A stretch of DNA of 64,000 bases from Vicinamibacteria bacterium (GCA_964291235.2 OZ219815.1:224001-288000); one strand, 5' to 3'. Positions 49,435 to 60,751 are shown, numbered from the stretch's first letter. The notes: generated by a model from the sequence alone, not told the origin. Translations and numbers: made by a program.

Positions 49435-49497
49435 CGGTGTGGTGCCCCCCGTAGTCCACGCGCCGCTCCGATCCCTGGCGCCGAACTCCCGCCCGCG

Positions 49498-51123
<1,626 letters not shown>

Positions 51124-51269
51124 CGGTGCTGGCCGGGGACCATTGTCACCGATTCGGATCTTCTGCACCGCTCAACTCGAGCGGTAGACGACCACATTTC
51201 GTCGCGGTGCCAGCCGTCGAGCCAGGGAAAGCGAATGGCGGGGCGATCAGTCCAGCTTCAACGGCACCG

Positions 51270-51616
51270 GTGGCACCGCGGAGGTCCGCGCGGCGCTCGT
51301 GGCGTGGTTCCGCGGGCGGGTGCCGGAACGGGTCGAGGCATGGCACGCGAGGGCCGGGGTCCCGATGCCGCGGGTGATCGTTGCGAGCCAGCAGAAGCGC
51401 TGGGGCAGTTGTGACCAGGCCGGAACCATCCGCCTGAACTGGCGGATCATCCAGGCGCCGATGCGGCTCGTGGACTACGTGGTCGTTCACGAGCTGGTGC
51501 ACCTGCGGCACCGCGGACGCGGGCGGGACTACTGGCAGGCGGTGGGGCGCATCATGCCGGACTACGAGCGGCGGCGGCGGGATCTACCGGAACGGGGGTC
51601 GCTGCTGGTCTGGTAG
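51270..51616 (+). pseudogene. 5'-truncated M48/YgjP (DUF45) metallopeptidase
   Basis: RWGSC, RLNWRI, DYVVVHELVH; N-terminal half absent. Confidence 0.75.
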
Positions 51617-51695
51617 CGGGCGTCGGCGGTCTCGGCATCCCAACGAGGATCCGGGGGGCGGCTGGGCGACATCACATCTGTACCCTTCGCCCGCT

Positions 51696-52739
51696 ATGAC
51701 AGACACCCCCAAGGTTTACATCGCTCGGGCCGGACAGAATGGTGAGGATGAAGATGCGGCGCTGGAGAACGGTCTCGCCATCATCGGCTTCCACGCCGTG
51801 CGGTCTCTCAAGCAAGCCGGCGACTACGCCGCAGTCGCGAAGCTTGTCGAAACGGGACTGCCGGACCGGCCGTTGAACGCGCAGCGCAACATCGCCCGTC
51901 AGCTGCTGGCGTTCGCTCGCGGGATGAGCGAAGGTGACTTCGTCGTCATGCCGCGGAAGCGGGTCTCGCAGATCGCCCTCGGGCGCGTTACGGGTCCGTA
52001 TCGATACACCAAGATCGGGGGTGAGCTCCGACACACCCGCGCGGTGAGTTGGGCTCGCCCTGACCTCCCGCGCACTACTTTCGAGCAGGATCTTCTCTAT
52101 TCCTTCGGCGCCTTCATGACGGTTTGCAACGTCTCGCGGAACGACGCTCCGCGCCGTGTCGCCGCGGTACTGGCGGGGAAACCAGACCCCGGCATATCGG
52201 CGAAGAAGAAGACGGCACCCGATTTGACACCCGAACAGTCCGACGAAGAATCGGATCTGCAGCAGTTGGCGCATGACCAGATCGTCGCGCGGATCCAGAC
52301 ACGGTTCGCGGGACACGCCTTGGCACGGCTCGTCGACGCCGTGCTCCAGGCCGATGGATGGGAAACGAAACTCTCTCCAGCCGGGCCGGATGGAGGAGTG
52401 GATGTCCTCGGCGGCCGGGGCCCCTTAGGACTGGACCCACCTCGGCTCTGTGTGCAGGTCAAGTCACAACAGAGTCCCGCCGATGTGGAGGTCTATCGGG
52501 GTTTGCAGGGAACGATGCTGACCTTCAAGGCGGAACAAGGGCTCCTCGTCTGCTGGGGAGGCTTCAAGAAGAGTGTCCTCACCGAGGCGCGGCAGAGTCA
52601 CTTCGTGGTCCGCCTGTGGGACAGTCGGGACCTCGTGCAGGCGATCTACAGGAACTACGAACGCCTGTCGGCCGAGACCAAGGCGGAACTGCCGCTGAAG
52701 CAGGTGTGGATGCTCGTTCCCGAGGATTCGACCAATTGA
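51696..52739 (+). CDS. mrr: Mrr-like (type IV) restriction endonuclease
   Basis: GPDGGVDVL..VQVKS (D-x-QxK) Mrr_cat; N-terminal RAG..GF..GD.VV.P domain. Confidence 0.88.
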   Translation: MTDTPKVYIARAGQNGEDEDAALENGLAIIGFHAVRSLKQAGDYAAVAKLVETGLPDRPLNAQRNIARQLLAFARGMSEGDFVVMPRKRVSQIALGRVTGPYRYTKIGGELRHTRAVSWARPDLPRTTFEQDLLYSFGAFMTVCNVSRNDAPRRVAAVLAGKPDPGISAKKKTAPDLTPEQSDEESDLQQLAHDQIVARIQTRFAGHALARLVDAVLQADGWETKLSPAGPDGGVDVLGGRGPLGLDPPRLCVQVKSQQSPADVEVYRGLQGTMLTFKAEQGLLVCWGGFKKSVLTEARQSHFVVRLWDSRDLVQAIYRNYERLSAETKAELPLKQVWMLVPEDSTN

Positions 52740-52790
52740 CAGCGAGTCGCCGTGAGCCGGTTCCGGGCCGAGGGGACAGGAGTTTCCGAC

Positions 52791-52906
52791 TCACGGATCG
52801 GCCGGAAGCACCTCGAATCCCAGCGCCGCGGAGGGCTCGCGAGACTTCATTCCCGAGGGGCTGAAGCCACTACAAGGACGGCGCTGCTCTCCGTATAGAG
52901 AGTCAC
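52791..52906 (-). pseudogene. PIN toxin with large internal deletion
   Basis: GTGA overlap with the antitoxin; N-terminus VTLYTESSAVL and C-terminus AALGFEVLP only about 115 bp apart. Confidence 0.65.
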
Positions 52907-53190
52907 CGCTCACCACGCGTCCAGTCGAGCGCTTCCTGAATCTCTTCGTTGGACAGCAGACCGGGTGGCGGCGACTGGAGATGGGGCTGGTCGGGCTTGC
53001 CCAGGCGAAGCTCTCCCGCACGGGCCAGGCGCTGCAGCGCCTCGTCCGAGGTCTCGTCAGACGCGTCAGGCGGAACCAGGCGGGCGACGACGACCCCGCG
53101 ATTGGTGATAACCAGTCGCTCACCATCCCCGACCAGGCGCAAATACTCGCTGAGGCGCCTCTTCAGCGCCCGGATTCCGACCGTCTTCAT
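52903..53190 (-). CDS. Phd/YefM family antitoxin (orphaned)
   Basis: MKTVGIRALKRRLSEYLRLV..GE..VITNRG..VARLVP. Confidence 0.9.
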   Translation of the reverse strand: MKTVGIRALKRRLSEYLRLVGDGERLVITNRGVVVARLVPPDASDETSDEALQRLARAGELRLGKPDQPHLQSPPPGLLSNEEIQEALDWTRGER

Positions 53191-53313
53191 CTGGCCATCG
53201 TAGCCACGGGTGGCCATACCGCCGTCATAACTCCGAATCCGGACCGGGCTTCACCCGGTCGCCTGGGAAGGATGGGTAACCCGCTCCGGATGGCTCAGTT
53301 CCAGCAGGACGGC

Positions 53314-53855
53314 AACATGTCGCAGTAGCGATACCGGCCGGAAGGGAACATGTCGCAGTAGCCGAATCTCCCGGCCGAACATGTCGCAGTAGCGACACCG
53401 GCAGGAAAGGAACATGTCGCAGTAGCGGGATTTTCCCGTTCAACATGTCGCAGTAGCGGCACCGGCCGGACGGCAACATGTCGCAGTAGCCGGGTTTCCC
53501 AGCCGAACATGTCGCAGTAGCCGGATTTTCCCGCTCAACATGTCGCAGCAGCGACACCGGCCGGAAGGGAACATGTCGCAGTAGCCGGATTTTCCGGCTC
53601 AACATGTCGCAGTAGCGGCACCGGCAGGACGAGAACATGTCGCAGTAGCCGAATTTCCCGGCTCAACATGTCGCAGTAGCGACACCGGCAGGAGGGGAAC
53701 ATGTCGCAGCAGCCGAATTTCCCAGCCGAACATGTCGCAGTAGCGACACCGGCAGGAGAGGAACATGTCGCAATAGCCGGATTTTCCCGCTCAACATGTC
53801 GCAGTAGCCGGTTTTCCGGCTCAACATGTCGCAGTAGCGGCGCCGGCCGGGAGAC
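53314..53855. repeat. array of 17 x AACATGTCGCAGTAGC with alternating 17-nt and 15-nt spacers
   Basis: Cores at 53314, 53347, 53378, 53411, 53442, 53475, 53506, 53537, 53570, 53601, 53634, 53665, 53698, 53729, 53762, 53793, 53823. Confidence 0.97.
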
Positions 53856-53920
53856 ACCAACTCTTGCGCAGTTGGGAGACACCTACTTTTACGCACCACG
53901 TGGCGGTGGGGAGCGATGCG

Positions 53921-54330
53921 CCGCCCGCGGGCCTGCGGCCCGCTGTGCCGACCTGGAGGTCGGCGTTCCCGTGCCGACGGTGACACCAGGGCTGGTGGAG
54001 GGGCCGTCCCGCCCGCGGGCCTGCGGCCCGCTGTGCCGACCTGGAGGTCGGCGTTCCCGTGCCGACGGTGACACCAGGGCTGGTGGGGGGGCCGTCCCGC
54101 CCGCGGGCCTACGGCCCGCTGTGCCGACCGGGAGGTCGGCGTTCCCTTGCCGGCGGTAACGCCAGGGCTGGTGGGGGGGCCGTCCCGCCCGCGGGCCTGC
54201 GGCCCGCTGTGCCGACCTGGAGGTCGGCGTTCCCGTGCCGACGGTGACACCAGGGCTGGTGGGGGGGCCGTCCCGCCCGCGGGCCTACGGCCCGCTGTGC
54301 CGACCGGGAGGTCGGCGTTCCCTTGCCGGC
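53921..54330. repeat. 88-bp tandem repeat (about 4.6 copies), each carrying a REP palindrome
   Basis: Units start at 53921, 54009, 54097, 54185, 54273; each has GCGGGCCTRCGGCCCGC and GCCGACCKGGAGGTCGGCGTTCCC. Confidence 0.95.
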
Positions 54331-54424
54331 GTGACGTGCGACTGGGAAGCGGTGTGCGTCTCGCTCCCCTACCGGGAGAGCCGGCCGGTGCTCGGCTGTC
54401 GCGCTCCGGCGAGGACGAGGGCGA

Positions 54425-55588
54425 CTACCAATGCGAGGATTGGTCGGCGCGCACACGGTCGGGCATGTCGTAGCGCAGGCCCACGGCTTCGTACAGCGAC
54501 GCGCCGAAGGCGGCGACCAGTCCCCTGTTTTCTCTCCGCAGGAGTTCGCCGAGCATGTTGTCGAAGCGGAATTCATACAGCGCGAGCCGCATCCGGAACA
54601 TTCCATGCTTCGGGATCTTCAGCTTGTCCGCGCGGTCCTTGCCGATCAGCAAGCGGCAGACAGGATAGATGGTCTTGCGGACCAACTTCGCCCGCGCGGC
54701 GGGGTCCGTGGTCCCCGCGACCAGGGGCGCGGAGTTAATGAGCGCATGGGCCATGATGATCGCGTGGTCGCTGGGCGGCGGCTCGCAGGCAGACCCGATT
54801 TCGTACCACCTCAGAGCGTCCTCTTCGTCGGTGTAGAGCATCGCGTCGGGGACGCCCATGAGATGTCCGGCATAGCGCCATACGGCGCAGAAGCTCTCCC
54901 GCTCCTCCCTGGTATAGACCGCGCCCAGGGTCTCGGAGTGCTTCAGCGTCCTCGCCGAGAAACAGGCGAGTGAATAGCCCATGTGAGCGGCACTGATCGG
55001 TGTCCCGTGGCTATTGAAGTCCCATTCCGGGGACTGACTCTGGCTCAGCAGGTGCCGGACCTGCGCGTGAACCAAGCGGATTCGGACCGACAGCTTCCAG
55101 CCTTCGCCGTCCCGTTGCAGCCCCTCCGGCCAGAATATCTCCACCTGGTGCCGGTTGTTCTGCTGGAGCCGCCTGACGCCTTTGTCAAAGACGCGCCCCG
55201 TCTGGAAGAAGGACTCGCTGATCAGCGTTGAGAAGCCGTCGATCAGCGTCCCGGCCACGAACGCGGCGAAGACGTTGACGACATTGGACAGGAAGGCGCG
55301 GGCACCCGGCCCGAAGACATCGTGGTCGAGCCAGGGCGGCTCAGGTTCGGAGAAGACATCGCGCAGCGATTTCGGTGCGTCGCGAAAAACGTCCTCGTCC
55401 CGTTCCATGCCTGCCTTGATGAGCCGCGACGCCTCCGCTCGCGACAGCAGGGCAAGGTCCTTCACCGCCGCGTCCGCCAGAGGATCGCCGATCCGGGTGT
55501 GCCGGATGTAGATGTCGGCTCGCCGCTTGTCGATGGCAGCAGCCCTGGCATGGCCTTCGACGTACGCGGAAGGGACTCCCTTCACCAT
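54425..55588 (-). CDS. oxygenase MpaB / DUF2236 family heme protein
   Basis: GDPLADAAV, GWKLSVRIRLVHAQVR, GTPISAAH, WRYAGHLMGV; start approximate. Confidence 0.85.
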   Translation of the reverse strand: MVKGVPSAYVEGHARAAAIDKRRADIYIRHTRIGDPLADAAVKDLALLSRAEASRLIKAGMERDEDVFRDAPKSLRDVFSEPEPPWLDHDVFGPGARAFLSNVVNVFAAFVAGTLIDGFSTLISESFFQTGRVFDKGVRRLQQNNRHQVEIFWPEGLQRDGEGWKLSVRIRLVHAQVRHLLSQSQSPEWDFNSHGTPISAAHMGYSLACFSARTLKHSETLGAVYTREERESFCAVWRYAGHLMGVPDAMLYTDEEDALRWYEIGSACEPPPSDHAIIMAHALINSAPLVAGTTDPAARAKLVRKTIYPVCRLLIGKDRADKLKIPKHGMFRMRLALYEFRFDNMLGELLRRENRGLVAAFGASLYEAVGLRYDMPDRVRADQSSHW

Positions 55589-55956
55589 GCATTCCGGCAT
55601 TTGTTTCCCCGGTAAGGACACGGACGTCTTCAAGACATGCTTCGCGCGCTTGGGCCGACGCCTGGAAGACGGAATGAGGAGCCGGCGGCTCCATGCCCGT
55701 ACCGGCACGGTCGAACGGCTTCGAAGACGTGGAGACGTTGGGGTGACACGTTCTGGAGCGCAGGATGGAGCATCGCATGAATGATATGCAGGGTGATGCA
55801 CAGACTTCCCGCTCACTCGTATTATTGCGATAAATCAATGATTTTCGCTATCTTGACAGTGACGCTATGGGGCGCAATGCCGGCCGGAGGCCCCTACCGG
55901 GAGAACCGTCCGGCGATCCGCTGTCGCACGCTGCGGAGTTGGGGGCGATGTCCATT

Positions 55957-56081
55957 CCGCGGGCCTACGGCCCGCTGTGCCGCTCTGGAGAGCGGCGTTC
56001 CCGTGCCGGCGGGACGCGGGGCTGAAGAGCGATGTGCGTTTCGCTCCCCGGCGGGGAGCGATGCCGGCCGGAGGCCGGCGC
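55957..56081. repeat. REP-like palindromes (variant stem)
   Basis: GTGCCGCTCTGGAGAGCGGCGTTCCC and GCCGGCCGGAGGCCGGCGC. Confidence 0.75.
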
Positions 56082-56091
56082 TTCGTTCTCC

Positions 56092-57303
56092 CTACGCCCA
56101 GGCGCCCGTTACGTCCAGCAGGCGGTCGATCTCGGCGGCGTTGTTGAAGAGCGCCGGCGACACGCGGAGCTGGGTATCGGCGACCCGGAAGCTCAGCTTG
56201 ATCCGCGCCGCCTCGAGGGATTGGCGGACCATTTCCGCGTCCCGGCCGTGTTCGAAGGCGACGATGGAGGAGCGGTTGCCGGGCGGGGTCAGAACGGCCT
56301 GTCCCTGGGCCGTAAGCCCTTCGTGGAGACGATGGGCCAGGCCCACCGTGTGGCGCTCGATGTTCTTCACGCCGATCCTGAGCAGGTAGTCGAGCGCCGC
56401 GCTCAACATGTAAACGGCTTCGAAGGCCAGGGTCGCGTACTCGAACTTCCGGGCGTCGTCGTAGAGCCGGTACTGGAACTCGCCCAGGTCCTCGGCCACG
56501 TGGAGATGCCCGTAGCGATCCGGCGCCACCAGATCCAGGAGTTCTTCCCGGACGTAGAACGGGGCCACGCCGTGCCCGGCGAGCAGCCACTTGTAGGTCC
56601 CGGTGGTGAAGAAGTCGATGCCGGCCGCCTTCACGTCCAGATCGAGCATGCCGATCCCCTGGACCGCGTCGGCGTAGAGGTAGGCGCCCCGGTCGTGGGC
56701 CAGTGCGGCGAGGGCGGCGAGGTCCTGGCAGTAGCCGTTCTGGTTCGAGACCCACGCCACGGAGACGAGGCGGGTGCGCTCGTCGATCTTCTCCGCGAAC
56801 GCCTCGACCGGCGCGGCGCCGGCGCGGGACGGCACGACGCGCACCTCGATCCCCCTGGTTTCGGCGAGGTGCTGGTAGAGGACGTAGGTGGTCTGAAAGT
56901 GAAGGTCGTCGATCACGACGTTGTCGCCGGGGCCGAGGTCGAGCGACCGGGCCACGATGTTCTCCCCCTCGCCGGTGGCGTAGAGCAAGGCAACCTCGTG
57001 CTCGCCGCCGCCGACGAGCCGGGCGAACTTGCGGCGCGCGGCGTGGGACTCGTCCACCATCGTTCCCAGGCTCAACGGACTCCGCGCCTTCGCCTCGAGG
57101 AATTCCCGGACGGCTTCCAGCACCGGGGTCGGCGAGGGCGCGATGTAGGCGCAGTTGAGATAGACGCCCTCCTCGACCACCGGGAAATCGCCCCGGACGC
57201 CCAGCGGATCGTCACTGGCCACGGCCGGGCTCGCCGGTCCTGGCTGGGTCAGCACGGCGGCAGCGGAAACGCTGCCGATGAACTCGCGGCGGGTGGCCTT
57301 CAT
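56092..57303 (-). CDS. class V PLP-dependent aminotransferase with Tat signal
   Basis: MKATRREFIG, YLNCAY, DAVQGIG, TYKWLL, LRVSPALFN; GGAGG RBS. Confidence 0.9.
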   Translation of the reverse strand: MKATRREFIGSVSAAAVLTQPGPASPAVASDDPLGVRGDFPVVEEGVYLNCAYIAPSPTPVLEAVREFLEAKARSPLSLGTMVDESHAARRKFARLVGGGEHEVALLYATGEGENIVARSLDLGPGDNVVIDDLHFQTTYVLYQHLAETRGIEVRVVPSRAGAAPVEAFAEKIDERTRLVSVAWVSNQNGYCQDLAALAALAHDRGAYLYADAVQGIGMLDLDVKAAGIDFFTTGTYKWLLAGHGVAPFYVREELLDLVAPDRYGHLHVAEDLGEFQYRLYDDARKFEYATLAFEAVYMLSAALDYLLRIGVKNIERHTVGLAHRLHEGLTAQGQAVLTPPGNRSSIVAFEHGRDAEMVRQSLEAARIKLSFRVADTQLRVSPALFNNAAEIDRLLDVTGAWA

Positions 57304-57405
57304 GCCGACCTCCAGGGATGTGAGCGGACTGCGGCGATCATAGGGGGTTTCCCCCCGTTCCCACATCCGCTCGGCGCCTCCGACCGGTGGTAACATCACC
57401 CCGTT

Positions 57406-57858
57406 ATGGCGGTTCGAAAGGCCAAGTTTTTTGTGGGTGGCGGGCTGTTCCTGGCCGCGCTGACCGGCCTCCTGATCACCGGCGTCGAAGAGGGCAAGGC
57501 CTATTACCAGACGGTCGGCGAGCTGCAGGCGATGGGGCCGCGCGCTGAAGGCCGGCGGGTCCGGGTGGCCGGGGATGTGATCCCTGGAACGATCGTCTCC
57601 GAGGGCGAAGGCCGGGTCCGGTTCGAGATCGAGCACGAGGGCGCGACGCTCGCGGTGCTCTACACCGGCCGGGAGCCGCTGCCGGACACGCTCGTGGACC
57701 GGGCGCAGGCCGTCGCGGAGGGACACCTCCTCCAGGACGGCTCCTTCGAGGCGAACCACGTGCAGGCCAAGTGCGCCTCCAAGTACGACGCCGCCTACGA
57801 AGAAACGAAGACCGAACCCGCTCCCGCTACCCCCGCGGGACGGCAAGCGACCGACTAG
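57406..57858 (+). CDS. ccmE: cytochrome c maturation heme chaperone, Cys (CxxxY) variant
   Basis: N-terminal TM, RVRVAG, YTG..PD, AKCASKY. Confidence 0.92.
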   Translation: MAVRKAKFFVGGGLFLAALTGLLITGVEEGKAYYQTVGELQAMGPRAEGRRVRVAGDVIPGTIVSEGEGRVRFEIEHEGATLAVLYTGREPLPDTLVDRAQAVAEGHLLQDGSFEANHVQAKCASKYDAAYEETKTEPAPATPAGRQATD

Positions 57859-57901
57859 CGCCCGTCCGGTGAACCGCTAGCCGCGGAACCGGAGACCAAC
57901 A

Positions 57902-59911
57902 GTGCACCACCTCGGCAACTTCGCGTTGATGGCGGTGGTGGTGATGTGCGCCTACGCGGTCGTCGCCTCGCTGGTCGGGGTCAAAAAGCAGTCCTCCCAG
58001 CTCGTCACCAGCGCCCGCCGGGCCCTGATTGCGGCCGCCGGCTTCTCGGCGCTCTCGGTGGCGGCGCTCCTCGCGCTCTTCCTCGCCGACGACTTCCGCT
58101 TCCAGTACGTGGCGAGCTACTCGGCGGCGGCGCTGCCCTGGTACTACAAGGTCTCGGCGCTTTGGGCCGGGAACGACGGATCGCTCCTTTTCTGGACCTT
58201 CCTGATGCTGGTGTTCGCGGCCGCCTGTGCCATTCGCCGGCGGAACGACGAACTCATTCCGCACGTGGTCGCGACCCTCGGCGGGGTCATCCTGTTCTTC
58301 GCCTACATGAACTACTGGGTGTGCAACCCGTTCGGGCAGCTCGCCGAGATCACCGCCGCCGGCCCCGTCCCCTTCACTCCCGGCGACGGGAACGGGCTGA
58401 ACCCGCTGCTCCAGCACCCGATCATGGCGATCCACCCGCCGATCCTCTACACCGGCTACGTGGGGTTCGTGATCCCGTTCGCGTTCTGCGTGGCGGCGCT
58501 GTGGACCCGGCGGCTCGACGCCGCCTGGATCCACAACACCCGCCGCTGGACGCTCGTCGCCTGGTTCTTCCTCGGCAGCGGCATCCTCCTCGGCGGCCGC
58601 TGGGCCTACGTGGAACTCGGCTGGGGCGGCTACTGGGGCTGGGACCCGGTCGAAAACGCCGCGCTGATGCCGTGGCTCACCGCCACCGCCTTCCTCCACT
58701 CGGTGATGATCCAGGAACGGAAGGGGATGCTGAAGATCTGGAACGCCGGGCTGGTGATCGCGACCTACCTGCTCTGCGTCTTCGGCACTTTCCTCACCCG
58801 GAGCGGCATCGTCTCCTCGGTGCACGCCTTCGCCTCCTCCGAGTTCGCCTGGCGCTTCCTCGTCTTCATCGTGCTGGCCGCGCTCCTCTCGGCGGCGCTG
58901 CTGATCACCCGGCTGAAGGACCTCCGCACCGAGAACGAACTCGAAGCCGTGGTCTCCCGCGAGTCCGGCTTCCTGTTCAACAACCTGCTACTGCTCGCGG
59001 CCTGTTTCGCGGTGTTCTGGGGGACGCTCTTCCCGGTGCTCTCCGAGGCGGTGCAGGGCGAGCAGATCACCGTGGGGGCGCCCTTCTTCAACCGGGTGAA
59101 CGTCCCGCTCGGCCTCGCGCTCCTGGTGATGACCGGAGTGGGGCCGCTGCTCGCCTGGCGGCGCTCGTCGGTGGACAGCCTGAAGCGGAACTTCACCGTC
59201 CCGCTCCTTTCGGGGCTCGTCGCCGCCGTGCTTTTGTTCGCTTTCGGAATGCGCCACCCCTACGCGATCCTCTGCTTCGCGATGAGCGCCTTCGTGGTGG
59301 TGACCATCAGCATCGAGTTCCACCGCGGGGTGCGCGCCCGCCGCGCCCACCGGGGCGGCAGCTACGGGACCGCGCTCGTGGACCTCGTGCAGCGGAACAA
59401 CCGCCGTTACGGCGGCTACGTCGTCCATCTCGGAATCGTCCTGCTCTTCGTCGGGTTCGCCGGGAACGCTTTCAACAAGGACGTGATTGCCGACCTGAAC
59501 CGCGGGGAGAGCACCGGCATCGGACCCTGGCAGGTGACGCTCCAGGACCTCCCCGGGGGGGAGACGCCGGTCTATGACTGGCTCGGCGCGCAGCTCCTGC
59601 TCTCGAAGAATGACGAGCCCATCGGCATCTTCCAGCCCCGCCGCCAGCTCGACAAGGCCACCGGGCAGGCCACCTCCGAGGTCCGCCGTCACGCCACCTT
59701 CCAGGAAGACATCTACCTCGTCTTCTCCGGCGTGACCGAGGACGGGCGGGCCACCGTCCACGTGTACCGCAACCCGCTGGTGCGCTGGGTCTGGATCGGC
59801 GCGCTGGTGATGTTCCTCGGCACCGTGCTCACCCTGCTCCCGAACCGCTCGCCCGTGCGGCGGGCGACAGCGACCACCGCCCCGAGCGGGACCGCAATGG
59901 AGGCTGTCTGA
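57902..59911 (+). CDS. ccmF: heme lyase CcmF
   Basis: IHPPILY, WAYVELGWGGYWGWDPVEN, TRSG..SVHAF. Confidence 0.96.
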   Translation: MHHLGNFALMAVVVMCAYAVVASLVGVKKQSSQLVTSARRALIAAAGFSALSVAALLALFLADDFRFQYVASYSAAALPWYYKVSALWAGNDGSLLFWTFLMLVFAAACAIRRRNDELIPHVVATLGGVILFFAYMNYWVCNPFGQLAEITAAGPVPFTPGDGNGLNPLLQHPIMAIHPPILYTGYVGFVIPFAFCVAALWTRRLDAAWIHNTRRWTLVAWFFLGSGILLGGRWAYVELGWGGYWGWDPVENAALMPWLTATAFLHSVMIQERKGMLKIWNAGLVIATYLLCVFGTFLTRSGIVSSVHAFASSEFAWRFLVFIVLAALLSAALLITRLKDLRTENELEAVVSRESGFLFNNLLLLAACFAVFWGTLFPVLSEAVQGEQITVGAPFFNRVNVPLGLALLVMTGVGPLLAWRRSSVDSLKRNFTVPLLSGLVAAVLLFAFGMRHPYAILCFAMSAFVVVTISIEFHRGVRARRAHRGGSYGTALVDLVQRNNRRYGGYVVHLGIVLLFVGFAGNAFNKDVIADLNRGESTGIGPWQVTLQDLPGGETPVYDWLGAQLLLSKNDEPIGIFQPRRQLDKATGQATSEVRRHATFQEDIYLVFSGVTEDGRATVHVYRNPLVRWVWIGALVMFLGTVLTLLPNRSPVRRATATTAPSGTAMEAV

Positions 59912-60405
59912 TGCGTTCCCTCCGACCACTGCTTGCCGCCGTCGCGGCGGCGGCGCTCCTCACCGGACCCGTCGTCTCCCCGGTCGTCTCTCAGGACCGC
60001 TACAACTCGGCCGACTACCAGCGGGTCACCCATGCCCTCACCTGCCAGTGCGGCGGCTGCAACGCCCTCGTCGGCGAGTGCGCGATGGACCGTTGCCCCT
60101 CCTCGGAGCCCATCCGCGAGGAAGTCGCCGAGCGGCTCCAGGCGGGCGAGGACGCCGAGGACATCATCGGGACGTTCGCGGAGCGCTACGGCCTGGTGAT
60201 CCTCTCGGCGCCGCCCACCAGCGGCTTCCACCTCTCGGCATGGATCCTTCCGGTGGTGTTCCTGCTGGGCGGGGCGGTGCTCGCGATCACCATGGTGCGC
60301 CGCTGGCGGAACGCCGTCCCCGCGGTCGCGGCGGCCGCCGCGACCGGCGAGGTCTCCCCCGAGGTGCTCGCCCGCATCGAGCGCGACGTCGATCAGATTC
60401 GCTGA
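59911..60405 (+). CDS. ccmH: CcmH-like cytochrome c biogenesis protein
   Basis: LTCQCGGC, RYG..ILSAPP, W-ILP TM segment. Confidence 0.8.
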   Translation: MRSLRPLLAAVAAAALLTGPVVSPVVSQDRYNSADYQRVTHALTCQCGGCNALVGECAMDRCPSSEPIREEVAERLQAGEDAEDIIGTFAERYGLVILSAPPTSGFHLSAWILPVVFLLGGAVLAITMVRRWRNAVPAVAAAAATGEVSPEVLARIERDVDQIR

Positions 60406-60436
60406 CCATCGAACGTCTCCGGGCCTGTTCCACCGC

Positions 60437-60751
60437 GTGACCCTCTTCCTGCTCGCGGTGCTGGCCGCCGCCGCCACCGCCTTCGTGCTCCAACCGGTGT
60501 TTTCGGGGCCCGAGACGGCGCCGCGCCGCGAGACCGACCGCCGGGTGCTGCGCCTCCAGGAAAAGCGGGAGCAGCTCCTCCTCACGCTCGCGGAGCTGGA
60601 CTTCGAGCGGGACGCCGGGAAGATCGCTCTCGAGGAGCACGCCGCCAGCCGCGCGTCCGTCCTCGCCGAGACGGCGTCGGTGACCGCCCGTCTCGATGAA
60701 CTGACCGCCCCCGCCGCCCGGGCTCCCAGGGGAAAGGGCAAGAAGAAGTGA
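60437..60751 (+). CDS. CcmI-like small membrane protein
   Basis: TM followed by LAELDFERDAGKI. Confidence 0.65.
   Translation: MTLFLLAVLAAAATAFVLQPVFSGPETAPRRETDRRVLRLQEKREQLLLTLAELDFERDAGKIALEEHAASRASVLAETASVTARLDELTAPAARAPRGKGKKK

Noticed and set aside
53314-53329. LexA box or EcoKI-like site in the array core
   Set aside because: Does not match GAAC-N4-GTTC or AAC-N6-GTGC; HsdS specificity cannot be inferred by eye
53314-53855. CRISPR array
   Set aside because: Repeat is only 16 bp, spacers are 14-17 nt and fall into two homologous classes, and no cas genes are in the window
53225-54250. ORFs with RYCDML / LLRHV / ATATC repeats
   Set aside because: The three motifs rotate through frames because the period is not a multiple of 3; translation artefacts of a DNA repeat
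53921-54330. CRISPR-like array
   Set aside because: Whole 88-bp unit is repeated with no unique spacers; it is a REP-containing tandem repeat
55827-55848. Near-palindrome GCGATAAATCA-A-TGATTTTCGC upstream of the oxygenase
   Set aside because: Plausible operator, but single, imperfect and with no cognate regulator nearby
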